Shown piece after piece: positions 37,390 to 46,785 of a DNA stretch of 64,000 nucleotides. Position numbers and translations under genes: made by a program. Source of the stretch: an uncultured bacterium (GTDB lineage: Bacteria > Actinomycetota > Acidimicrobiia > Spongiisociales > UBA5794); NCBI GenBank assembly GCA_963801165.1, contig CAWDDT010000009.1, forward strand, positions 160,001 to 224,000, written 5' to 3'. The notes beneath the pieces are model-generated. The model was not told the DNA's origin. It searched no databases and saw nothing but the letters and a program-made list of their open reading frames with translations. The number at the start of each line of letters is the position of its first letter. Positions within the stretch are counted from its first letter, which is position 1.

Positions 37390-38543
37390 CGGCGCCGCGG
37401 ACCTTCCTATTCGTCATCAACTCGCTGGGTGCCGGTGGCGCCGAGCGGTCGCTGGCCGACATCCTGCCTCACCTCCCCGAGCGGGGAGTGCGTCCCGTAG
37501 TCGTGTGTCTCGCGTCGCGTGACGTCGGATTCGAAGAGGAAGTGCGTGAGACGGGCACCGAGGTAGTAATTCTCCCCGGCAAGGGCTTGCCCGGTCACAT
37601 TTGGCAGATGCGCCGGATCATCAAGCGGGAGAGCCCCGCGCTTGTCTATACGGCGCTGTTCGATGCAGATCTGGTGGGCCGGATCGCGGCGGCGGCGACG
37701 GGGGTGCCGGTGCTGACCAATCTGACCAATGTCGCCTACGACCCGGCCCGGTACGCCGACCCGAACGTGAACGCACGCAAGCTGCGTGTGCTCCGGTACC
37801 TCGATGGTTGGACCGCTCGGCATCTGACCACGCACTTTCATGCGGTAAGTGAGGCCGTCAAGGAATCGACCGTGGAGCACCTCGGCGTAGACCCGGACGA
37901 CGTCACGGTCGTTTACCGGGGCCGCAGCCGCGGCCGGCTCGGTGTTCCCGACGAGGGCCGCCGCAGCCGGGTCAGGGCTTCGCTGGGCATCCGGCCGGAC
38001 ACACCGGTGTTGATCACGGTGGGGCGACGTGAATACCAGAAGGGTCAGCGCTACCTCATCGACGCCGTGCCCCCGCTACTCGAGCTGTTTCCCGATCTCG
38101 TGGTCTTGGTCGTGGGCCGGGAGGGCCACGCCTCCGCCGCGCTCAATGATCTTGTGGAGAAGCTCGATCTGGGTGGCGCGGTGCGATTCCTCGGCCACCG
38201 CTCCGACGTCGGCGACCTCCTCACCGCTTCGGATATATTCGTATTTCCGTCGGTGTACGAGGGACTGGGTGGGGCGTGTCTCGAGGCACTCGCCATGGGG
38301 TTGCCACTGGTGGTCTCCGACATCGCAGCGTTGCGCGAGGTAGTGACCAATGGCGACAACGGAATGCTGGTCCCACCCGCCGACCCGGTGGCGCTTGGCG
38401 ACGCGGCGGCGGTTCTTCTTGCCGATCCGGAGCTTCGCCGTCGCTACGGCCACCGCAGCATGGCCGTCTTCGCCGAGCGATTCGATGCCGAAGACGCCAT
38501 CCCGCAGGCAATCGATCTGATGCTGCGAGTCGCCCGCCGATGA
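37386..38543 (+). CDS. Glycosyltransferase family 4
   Basis: 'NSLGAGGAERS', 'VGRREYQKG', 'FPSVYEGLGGACLEA'. Confidence 0.93.
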   Translation: MTAPRTFLFVINSLGAGGAERSLADILPHLPERGVRPVVVCLASRDVGFEEEVRETGTEVVILPGKGLPGHIWQMRRIIKRESPALVYTALFDADLVGRIAAAATGVPVLTNLTNVAYDPARYADPNVNARKLRVLRYLDGWTARHLTTHFHAVSEAVKESTVEHLGVDPDDVTVVYRGRSRGRLGVPDEGRRSRVRASLGIRPDTPVLITVGRREYQKGQRYLIDAVPPLLELFPDLVVLVVGREGHASAALNDLVEKLDLGGAVRFLGHRSDVGDLLTASDIFVFPSVYEGLGGACLEALAMGLPLVVSDIAALREVVTNGDNGMLVPPADPVALGDAAAVLLADPELRRRYGHRSMAVFAERFDAEDAIPQAIDLMLRVARR

Positions 38544-38555
38544 CGGTGGGCTCTC

Positions 38556-40688
38556 CTAGTTGCCGGACCGGCTGTTCGCACGCCGTTGCCTCGCCTGCTG
38601 CAGCACCGAGTTGGCTGCCTTCGATGTGACGTCGCCTTCGGCCGTCGCATCGGCGATGGAACCTGGTTCCGGCTCCTTGGCCTTCGTATTCCTCCCGGAG
38701 CCGGAAGGCGGGGTGGCGGGCGACGGAAGCGAGGGCTCATCATATGTCGCATCGATGTCGACTTCGATGTCGAGTTCGGCCTCGGCAGTAACCTCGTCGC
38801 GCGAGCCTCTCAGATAGGAGCGCACCTGGTCGCTGAAGGGGATCCGGCGCCCCTCGAGCAGGACGACACCGGCTACTTCGGCCTTGCGATCCGAGAGCGC
38901 CCCCGCCGCGTTCTCGATCACTGCTTTCTTGGTGACGCCTACGTAGCCCACCAGAGCGACGAGCTCCGTACGGCGCATCACGGCATCGGCCAGCGGGTCG
39001 GAGATGTCCGGTCCGGCGATGATGACCATCTCGTACCGGGCCAGCGCCGCCTCCATGAAGATGCGTGCGTTGGTCGAGGCAAACACGTCGACCGGGTCGT
39101 TGAGCTCGGCGTTGACGTGCACCGCGGTGAGCCGGGGAGCCGACGGCATGGCGTGGTCGAGGAAGCTGTTGATCCTGGCCGCCGCCTCGTCGGGGGGAGC
39201 CGGGCTCATCAGTATCTCGTTGAGAGCGTTGTGGCCGTCGCCGAACTCCGGGATGATGTTGGGGTGGAATGAGCTGCCGTCGATGAGCAGCACCCGACGA
39301 TCGCTCACCGAACACGACATGGCCAGATCGGCCGCCAGCTCGCCCACCTCCTCGCGAGAGACGCCGACGCCGAACAGGCCCAAAGCGGTCGGCTGCTCGT
39401 TGGTGATGGCATCGACAGCGGTGCGCAGCGTCTGGATGTCGCGCCGCCGCTGGGTGAGGGCGGTCGGATACCACACAGGGTGCTCGACGTCCGTCTCGCG
39501 CTTCCTATTGACCAGGGCCAGCGATATGACATTCTCGAGGTCCGCAGTCGCCCACACGGGCTTGCGGATCTGATCGTGGCCCACGATGGCGAGTCCGGCT
39601 ATGAACACGCCGACCACCAGACCGATGCCCCCGGTCAGCGCCATCGATCGCGGGGTCTGGGTTTCGTCGGTGACGATCGGTTCTTCCGGGAACACGCCGG
39701 GAGGGTTTCCGTCCAGGCCGCGCAGCAGGTCGACGTACTCGGCTTCCAGGTCGTCGAGATCCTGTTGGAGCGCCTCGAGCCGTAGTGAGCCTTCGTTGTC
39801 GAGTTCCTCAGCCACGGGTGGTTCCGGAACGTCCTTCAGCGCGTTCTCGAGCCGGAACAGGATTATGTTGTTCTGGCTCTGCTCCCCCTGGAGAGCCTCG
39901 AGCGTTACGACAGGGTCTTCCTCGGTCGTATCCACCGTCGTGTCCTCGGTCTGATTGGGCCGGCTTCCGGTCTGCTGGTCTGTCCGGGATGTCGATGATG
40001 AGGAGGACGTATCCTGCCCGAAGAACTCCGACTCCGTTGGCCGGATCTCCGGGTTGTCGATCCAGATACCGATCTGGGCCTGACGCTGGGCGAGCTCGTT
40101 GATCTGCTCCTCAATCGTGGTGCGCTGTGCGGTTACCTTTGGATCCTCTGGAGTCGGATCGCCGACCTGGAGATCCGACATTTGGGATTTGACCGCATCG
40201 ATGTTCTCGAGCACCGTCGCCATGGTGGCTTTGATCTCGTCAACGTTGATTACGGTCACGGATTTCGACTGATACTCGGCTCGCAGGGCGACAGCGTCAT
40301 TGAGGGCTTGTTGGCCGTCACGGCCGAGCGCAACGAAATACAACGTATTTGTCTCCCGATCGGCTTGGATCGTCACCCGTGGGTTGGCAGCGAGAGTGTC
40401 CTCGAGGAGCAGGCCGGCCCGCGTCCGCTCCGCTTCAGCGTCGGTGGCCGTTGTCGGGCTGTTGCTGGTGTTGCGGCTGCTGGTGCTGCCTCCGCTGTTC
40501 CCCGAGGAAGACGACTGGTCATCTGCTAGAGCGAAGAAGGTCATCGGTGCCTGGGCACGGAAGCGAGGAGTGATGCCTTCGTTGAAGTTGCTGGTGAGGA
40601 TGGCTCCCACGGCAGCACCGACAATCGCCAGCAGCACGATCACCGGCCACCGCGCCTGCAAAGTCTTGATGACGCGCCTTAACTGCAT
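38556..40688 (-). CDS. Wzc/Wzz-like polysaccharide co-polymerase with degenerate BY-kinase domain
   Basis: N-terminal TM 'RWPVIVLLAIVG', acidic coiled-coil, second TM, CpsD-like domain ('RRVLLIDG', 'ARYEMVIIAGP', 'AEVAGVVL'). Confidence 0.78.
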   Translation of the reverse strand: MQLRRVIKTLQARWPVIVLLAIVGAAVGAILTSNFNEGITPRFRAQAPMTFFALADDQSSSSGNSGGSTSSRNTSNSPTTATDAEAERTRAGLLLEDTLAANPRVTIQADRETNTLYFVALGRDGQQALNDAVALRAEYQSKSVTVINVDEIKATMATVLENIDAVKSQMSDLQVGDPTPEDPKVTAQRTTIEEQINELAQRQAQIGIWIDNPEIRPTESEFFGQDTSSSSSTSRTDQQTGSRPNQTEDTTVDTTEEDPVVTLEALQGEQSQNNIILFRLENALKDVPEPPVAEELDNEGSLRLEALQQDLDDLEAEYVDLLRGLDGNPPGVFPEEPIVTDETQTPRSMALTGGIGLVVGVFIAGLAIVGHDQIRKPVWATADLENVISLALVNRKRETDVEHPVWYPTALTQRRRDIQTLRTAVDAITNEQPTALGLFGVGVSREEVGELAADLAMSCSVSDRRVLLIDGSSFHPNIIPEFGDGHNALNEILMSPAPPDEAAARINSFLDHAMPSAPRLTAVHVNAELNDPVDVFASTNARIFMEAALARYEMVIIAGPDISDPLADAVMRRTELVALVGYVGVTKKAVIENAAGALSDRKAEVAGVVLLEGRRIPFSDQVRSYLRGSRDEVTAEAELDIEVDIDATYDEPSLPSPATPPSGSGRNTKAKEPEPGSIADATAEGDVTSKAANSVLQQARQRRANSRSGN

Positions 40689-40711
40689 CTGAATCGCACC
40701 TTCTTTGTCTG

Positions 40712-42661
40712 CTAGCTGGCTTCGTTCACGGCCGCAAACGAACCCGGATCGATGAGCGTGATCGTCTCTTGAGGAGCCCAGTCACGGTTCGACACGCCGA
40801 GGAGAAACTCCCGTATCCCCTCCGCGGATCCGCGCTCGGTGAGCCGTTCGAGGATCCTGGTCATGTCGAGGAGAGTCACGATACCCGGATAGCCCGGCTT
40901 TGTGACGTGGATCTTGTTGTGGTCGCTTTGCTCGAGGGGCTCAACCGAGAGTACCTCCGCTTTCTTCTCACCGGGTCTCGCCCCGGTGATCTGGACCTCG
41001 ATGTCGCGTCCGGGAACCAGGCCGGCGAGCCGGATCATGCGTCTGGCGAGGTCACCGATGCGGACCGGCTCGCCCATGTCGAGGACGAAGACCTCTCCGC
41101 CCCGGGACAAAGCCGAGACCTGGAGGACTAGCTGGACCGCCTCGCCGATCGTCATGAAGTAGCGGAGCATGTCGGGATCTGTGACCGTTACGGGACCACC
41201 CGCCCTGATCTGCCGCATGAACGTAGGAACGACGCTCCCCCGGGACCCGAGCACGTTGCCAAAGCGCACAACCGTGTGGTTGCAGTGACCGCCACTCTGT
41301 TCGGCCGCAGACTGAGTCAACATCTCCGCGATCCGCTTGGAGGCCCCCATCACACTTGTCGGGTGTACGGCTTTGTCGGTGGAGATGAGGACGAACTCTT
41401 CGACGCCGTACTCGCGGCAGGCATCGAGCACGTTCTTGGTCCCGAAGATGTTGGACTTCACGGCTTCGTCAGGGCAGGTCTCGAGGATCGGCACGTGCTT
41501 GTGAGCGGCCGCGTGGAACACGACGTGCGGCCGATATGTGCTGAAGATGTGGCCGAGACGCTTCTCGTCCCTGATGTCGCACAGTACCGGCTCGAGATCG
41601 GTTGGGTAGTCTTTCCATGTGAACTGCCCGTCGTGGAGATGAGTCTCGTCGTGGTCGACGGCGATGACCAGCTCGGGTGTGAAGCCGAGCACCTGGCGGA
41701 CGATCTCCGAGCCGATCGAGCCGCCTGCGCCGGTTATCAGGACCCTCTTGCCCGCAAGCAGCTGCTCGATGGGAGCGAGATCAGTGTCGACCTGTGGGCG
41801 GGGCAACAGGTCGGACACGGAGAGGTCCCTGACGTCTTGCAGCGTCCCGTCGGAGCTGAGGACGTCCTCGAGTTGGGGAATGATCCGGAGCCGGACATCG
41901 ATCTCGATGAACCGGTCGACGAGGTCCCTCAGCCGTGTCGGTTCGAGCTGTTCTGCGATCAGTACTTGCTGGATCTGGTGCTCGGTGACCACATCCTCGA
42001 TCTGGTCGAGGGTGCCGAGAACCGGAAGGTCCGCGATTCGCTTGGTCGTGCGGTGTCCGCCGACGGCGATCAGGCCGATGACCCGCATCGGTGTCTTGCC
42101 CTGTTTGCCGCTGCGGGCCAGGTTGGCTGCCGTCTTCCCCGTGCCGACGATGAGCGTTGGCTCGGACTTGACCATGCCGAGGGCATGCCGGAACGAGAAC
42201 ATGCGAGCACGAAAGCGCGCTGCACCCATGCCGCCGAGCGCCAGGATGCTGCCGAGGACGATCACACCGATAGGCACCAACCGGAGGTTGGCGTCGGTGA
42301 TTCTTTGCACGAACAAGATCGACGCCAACAGCAGTGATGCTGCGCCGGCGGATGCGAAGAAGAGGCGCATTGCCTCTTCGACCGAAGCGTACTCCCATTC
42401 GTGTCCGTACACGCCGGCGACGAAGTTTGCGGCGAGGTGGGTGAAGACCACGACCGGGAGCAGTACGACGAATCCAACGCGGTAATCGGCGACAGCGGCG
42501 GGGGCGTCGAGAGCACGAAGCGCGAGCGCGGCGGAATACGTCACGAGAACAGTGACGGCATCCATGGCCGCAAATGTCAGATCCGATCGCAGGCGAGCGG
42601 AAGCTCGTGCAAAACGGGTGCCGAATCGGCGACGACCGTCAACGTTGTTATTCCCTACCAT
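40712..42661 (-). CDS. Membrane-bound UDP-GlcNAc 4,6-dehydratase (PglF/CapD/WbpM family)
   Basis: Four TM, 'TGAGGSIGSE', 'FHAAAHKHVP', 'ISTDKAVHPTSVMGASKR', 'VRFGNVLGSRGSVVP', 'RPGEK'. Confidence 0.95.
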   Translation of the reverse strand: MVGNNNVDGRRRFGTRFARASARLRSDLTFAAMDAVTVLVTYSAALALRALDAPAAVADYRVGFVVLLPVVVFTHLAANFVAGVYGHEWEYASVEEAMRLFFASAGAASLLLASILFVQRITDANLRLVPIGVIVLGSILALGGMGAARFRARMFSFRHALGMVKSEPTLIVGTGKTAANLARSGKQGKTPMRVIGLIAVGGHRTTKRIADLPVLGTLDQIEDVVTEHQIQQVLIAEQLEPTRLRDLVDRFIEIDVRLRIIPQLEDVLSSDGTLQDVRDLSVSDLLPRPQVDTDLAPIEQLLAGKRVLITGAGGSIGSEIVRQVLGFTPELVIAVDHDETHLHDGQFTWKDYPTDLEPVLCDIRDEKRLGHIFSTYRPHVVFHAAAHKHVPILETCPDEAVKSNIFGTKNVLDACREYGVEEFVLISTDKAVHPTSVMGASKRIAEMLTQSAAEQSGGHCNHTVVRFGNVLGSRGSVVPTFMRQIRAGGPVTVTDPDMLRYFMTIGEAVQLVLQVSALSRGGEVFVLDMGEPVRIGDLARRMIRLAGLVPGRDIEVQITGARPGEKKAEVLSVEPLEQSDHNKIHVTKPGYPGIVTLLDMTRILERLTERGSAEGIREFLLGVSNRDWAPQETITLIDPGSFAAVNEAS

Positions 42662-42844
42662 GCTGCTGGTACCCCCCACCAGTAACCCCCGTCAGTTGCA
42701 GGACCGGAAAAGTAGTGGCCCCTGTCCGATGGCGAAGGATGGTTGTCCCACGCACATCGTGACTAGTGAGAGTCTATAAGCGGTCCTGGCAATGGGGGAG
42801 GGATCCTTGTGATTCTGCGATGTGGCTAGATGAATAGCCCATGA

Positions 42845-43804
42845 CTAGTCAATCTTGCGGAGAAACCCCGCCTGCCAGGCCGCCGCAATGGCAATCAGCG
42901 CGCTACCGAGCAGGAGCGCGCACGCGGTCGTCGGCCCGGGTTCGGTAAGCGCCAGGCCAACGAGACAGGCGACCAGGATCGCTTGCGTCGCCGCTGCCGC
43001 GACCACCACCCTTCCCGTCGACCACCCCCGTTCTCGTAGCTGGTCGTACACATGGCTTCGATCTCCCGCAAACAGCGGTCGGCCGTTGCGCGCCCTTCGG
43101 AGGACGGTCACGGCGAGATCGATGACGAATATGCCGAGCAGTCCGGCGGTAACCAGCAACATCGAACCCGTGCCATGCGGTGTCGTCCGCAGGCCCCCGT
43201 ACGCCAGTGTCATCCCGACGGTATACGAGCCGTTGTCACCGAGAAAGATTCGTGCCTGCGGCCGGTTGAGCATGAGGAATCCCGCCAGAGCAGCTGCCAG
43301 GGTCGCCCCCAGCTCCCAGTCGCCCCGACCGGCGGCTCCGGCCCATACGACACCGAGCGCCGACACGAATGCGGTCGATCCGACAAGGGCGTCGAGACCG
43401 TCGAGGAGGTTGACTGCATTTATCGCAACCACAACCACGGCAATGCCAAAGACCACACCGGCAGGATTGCGAAGCCCGCTGTCCATGAGACCAACCAGGA
43501 CCGCCGCTGCAGCCAGCTCGGCGATGAGACGGAGCCTCGGGGCCAGATCGAACCTGTCATCGGCAAGACCCAATGCCAGAACCAGCGATGTTCCGGCAAT
43601 CAGCGACGTGTCGGCTGCTCCGAGGACGGCCATACCGACGTGGAGGCCAGTAAAAACCGCGACACCGCCGAGTAGGGGTGTCGGCCGTGTGTGTACCTTC
43701 AGGGCATTGCCCGGCCGATCGACCAGACCGACACGGGGACCGAGCCACATAGCGAGATACGACAAGGCCAATGCCGTGACGAAGGCAACCGCTACTCCCG
43801 CCAC
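42845..43804 (-). CDS. MraY/WecA family polyprenyl-phosphate sugar-1-phosphate transferase
   Basis: 'KVHTRPTPLLGG', 'GLADD', 'NAVNLLDGLD', 'IFLGDNGS', 'GDRSHVY'. Confidence 0.92.
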   Translation of the reverse strand: MAGVAVAFVTALALSYLAMWLGPRVGLVDRPGNALKVHTRPTPLLGGVAVFTGLHVGMAVLGAADTSLIAGTSLVLALGLADDRFDLAPRLRLIAELAAAAVLVGLMDSGLRNPAGVVFGIAVVVVAINAVNLLDGLDALVGSTAFVSALGVVWAGAAGRGDWELGATLAAALAGFLMLNRPQARIFLGDNGSYTVGMTLAYGGLRTTPHGTGSMLLVTAGLLGIFVIDLAVTVLRRARNGRPLFAGDRSHVYDQLRERGWSTGRVVVAAAATQAILVACLVGLALTEPGPTTACALLLGSALIAIAAAWQAGFLRKID

Positions 43805-45555
43805 GTCATCACCAGGGAAGGTTCGCCCTCGTGAACCTGGATGGTCCCGCTCGGAGTGAAACCGATCTTGCCGTAGGTGGCGATCGCCCCTGCGTTGCCG
43901 GCGCCAACGACGACCCGGACCGAACTTGCCCCCTTGTCGTGGAGTCGAGCCAGGAACTCATTGCCCAACCGCGTGCCGAGACCCCGCCCCCGCATGGCTT
44001 CCATCACCGCGGTGGCCAACAATTCCGCATCAGATGTGTCCGTCCCCTGCACCTGCGGACTGGATGTGTACCTCAGGCTCTCCCACACCCGTCTGCTGGT
44101 TTGCGGTTTCACAGCGCGAGGAAGGGCAGCGAGTGCGGCGCGCATCCCGTGGCGACGAATGAATTGTCGGTAGAAGGCACCGGTATCGAGCACACCTGCG
44201 ACGAATCCGACCGGACCGTGGCCGTCGTCGGCGACGAGTACCACCCCTTCGTCATAGGTGACGAGTGCTTCGTACAGGCGGGTCATGAACCGCATGCCGA
44301 GACTGGGGAGAAAGCCGGTGCTGATACCTTCGCTGTGAAGCCGGGCGAGCACGGTGGTGTCGGCGCTCGTTGCGTGGCGCAGCGCGATCTCGGTTTCGAC
44401 GTCCGGCGGTAGGCTCACGCCTTTCCGTCTGGCTACCCTCCGGTAGGCGTCGATGACCCTGGCGACTACCCGCCGCTCATCGAAGTGGTCGAGAGCCCGC
44501 TGGCGCCCTTCGCTCCCCATCCTGCCGCGCAGCCCGGGGTCGTCGCCGATGCGCCGGATGGCTGCCGCCAGGGCCTGGGGATCTCGCACCGGAACCAGCA
44601 GCCCGTTGCTCCCGTTGGCCACCACGTCACGACAGCCGCGGATATCCGTAGCGATAACTGGAAGGCCCATCGCTGCAGCCTCCATTGCGCTACGGGGGAA
44701 GCCCTCGCGGTGTGAGGGAAGGACGAAGATGTCCATCGCCCTGTAGAGCCTGTCGACGTCGGTTCGCATACCGAGGAAGCGGACGCCGTCTCGCTGCGCC
44801 TCTCCCACGAGCTGGCGCGGCAAGGCATCGGCTTTCTCCTCGTCGTCGGGTCCGATGCAGACGACGACATACCGGTCGTCGAGCGTGCGTGCGGCCTCGA
44901 GGAACTCCGGATACCCCTTCTCGGCGACCAGCCTTCCCACCATTCCGACCACTATCTGCCCAGGTCTTGCGCCGAGCTCGCGGCGGGCATGGAACCGCTC
45001 ATCTTCGGAGAACCGATCAGGATCAAACCGGGTCAGATCTACGCCGTTGCCCAGGTGGGCGATCCGGTTGGCCGGTGCGAGCCGGTACTTCCGCATCGTC
45101 GCCACGTCTTCTTCGCTCTGTACCAGCTCGGCGTCCGAGAACCGTGAGGCAATCGCCTCGAGTGTGTAGACCACCGCCCGCTTGGCCCGGCTGTCGTTCG
45201 CCGTCGCGTACAGACCGTGCACGGTGTTGATGACGATCGGCACACCGGCCAGCCTTCCGAGAACCCGACCGTACAGGCCGGGCTTCGGGTTGTGCGTGTG
45301 GAGGATGTCCGGCCGCTCCGCCCGGAGCACGCGCCAGAGTTGGGCGGCGGCCCTGAGGTCTGCGAGCGGATTCATACCCCGCGTCGATGAAGCAAGCGCC
45401 ACGTGGCGGATCCCGTCGGTCTCGAGCCCGTCCACCCATGGACCGGGAGCGCTTATGCCGACTGTCTCGATCCCGAGGTCCCGGGTGGCGGTCAGCTGGG
45501 GGAAGACCAGATAGCGCAGACTGAGATCGACCGTCGTCAGGTGGGCGACCTTCAC
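43792..45555 (-). CDS. GT4 glycosyltransferase (PglA-like) fused to C-terminal GNAT domain
   Basis: 'HTHNPKPG', 'GNGVD', 'GRLVAEKG', 'PSHREGFPRSAMEA'; then 'ISTGFLPSLG', 'AELLATAV...RGRGLG', 'NAGAIATYGKIGF'. Confidence 0.9.
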   Translation of the reverse strand: MKVAHLTTVDLSLRYLVFPQLTATRDLGIETVGISAPGPWVDGLETDGIRHVALASSTRGMNPLADLRAAAQLWRVLRAERPDILHTHNPKPGLYGRVLGRLAGVPIVINTVHGLYATANDSRAKRAVVYTLEAIASRFSDAELVQSEEDVATMRKYRLAPANRIAHLGNGVDLTRFDPDRFSEDERFHARRELGARPGQIVVGMVGRLVAEKGYPEFLEAARTLDDRYVVVCIGPDDEEKADALPRQLVGEAQRDGVRFLGMRTDVDRLYRAMDIFVLPSHREGFPRSAMEAAAMGLPVIATDIRGCRDVVANGSNGLLVPVRDPQALAAAIRRIGDDPGLRGRMGSEGRQRALDHFDERRVVARVIDAYRRVARRKGVSLPPDVETEIALRHATSADTTVLARLHSEGISTGFLPSLGMRFMTRLYEALVTYDEGVVLVADDGHGPVGFVAGVLDTGAFYRQFIRRHGMRAALAALPRAVKPQTSRRVWESLRYTSSPQVQGTDTSDAELLATAVMEAMRGRGLGTRLGNEFLARLHDKGASSVRVVVGAGNAGAIATYGKIGFTPSGTIQVHEGEPSLVMTWRE

Positions 45556-46634
45556 AAGAGGGCTCCCGTGAGTAGTTGGTCAAAGCGGGCAATCGCCCGG
45601 TCCAGGCTGTAGTTGCTGCGAACGTGGTCACGCTGTTCCCCGCCCATGGCTTCGAGCAAGGCCCGATCGGCGGCGAGGCGCTCCACCGCGGCGACCATCG
45701 CGGACACGTCTCCCGGGGGGACGAGGATCCCGCTGGTCCCGTTGACCATGGTCTCGCCGGTGCCACCGACGTCGAACGCCACCGTGGGAACGCCTGCGGC
45801 TCCTGCCTCGAGCACGGCGCCGGGCAAGCCTTCGGTTCGTGATGTGAGCAGGAGGAGGTCTGCCCAGCGCAGGTGCGGGGTCACGTCCTCGACCGAACCC
45901 GTCAACTCGATGGTGACCCGCTCGGAGGTCTCGGCGCCCCACGCGGCGATCTCAGCCTCGAGCGGACCGGCGCCGACCAGCCGGAGATGGACGTCGTGGC
46001 TCTTTCCGATCTGGACGGCGACTTCGACGGCGGCGAGTGGGTCCTTCTCGGGCGAGAGGCTGCCGAGAAACAACATCTGAAGCTGCTCTAGGCGCGGCTC
46101 CGACGCCACGAAGAACTCGGGCGGCACGCCGGTCGGTGCGACGTGAACCCGATCGGGCGGGATGCCGAGATCCGAGACGAGCTGGCGCCCCGTCGTGGCG
46201 GAAACCGCCAGGATCGTGTCGGCTCTCCTGTGGAGAAATCGATTGAGGCGGAGGTGCCAATTCGACCTCATCCAATAGCGTGGCTCGCCGATGCTGCCGT
46301 AGGCCAGGATGGGCCGGTGGAGCAGCAAGGAGCGGGCGGCTACCGCATAGCGGAGCGTGGCGCCACCGTTGGCGAGGACGATCGCCGGTCTGGTCCGGGC
46401 CATGCGCCGTCGCAGCGACAGGACTGTGCTGACGTCAAACCTGGCCCGAGACTCGCCCCCGGTGAGCGTGATTGCGTCGACGACACGCTCGGTGTTTGCA
46501 CCCTGAATCGCAACGAAGTCCACATCCCATCCGAATGCAGGCAGCCCGGCGGCGAGTCGTTCTCCGAACACTTCGGCGCCGCGGCGGCGATTGCTGGCTA
46601 CCAGCAGCATCAGTGTCTTGCGTCCTGTGCTCAC
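45552..46634 (-). CDS. Glycosyltransferase family 4
   Basis: 'RRRGAEVF', 'GSLSPEKDP', 'TSRTEGLPGAVLEAG', 'DVGG'. Confidence 0.92.
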   Translation of the reverse strand: MSTGRKTLMLLVASNRRRGAEVFGERLAAGLPAFGWDVDFVAIQGANTERVVDAITLTGGESRARFDVSTVLSLRRRMARTRPAIVLANGGATLRYAVAARSLLLHRPILAYGSIGEPRYWMRSNWHLRLNRFLHRRADTILAVSATTGRQLVSDLGIPPDRVHVAPTGVPPEFFVASEPRLEQLQMLFLGSLSPEKDPLAAVEVAVQIGKSHDVHLRLVGAGPLEAEIAAWGAETSERVTIELTGSVEDVTPHLRWADLLLLTSRTEGLPGAVLEAGAAGVPTVAFDVGGTGETMVNGTSGILVPPGDVSAMVAAVERLAADRALLEAMGGEQRDHVRSNYSLDRAIARFDQLLTGALL

Positions 46635-46785
46635 TTCTCCCACTCCGGACCGGGTCGGCGCCACGCTACAGGACACACCTCCGGCCCGCAGATCACGCGG
46701 GGACCCGAACCAATGTGAGTCAGACGGGAAGCTAGGCGGAGACCCTGGTTATGCTGCGGGCTCCGATGTCTCACTGGTGGGGTTC

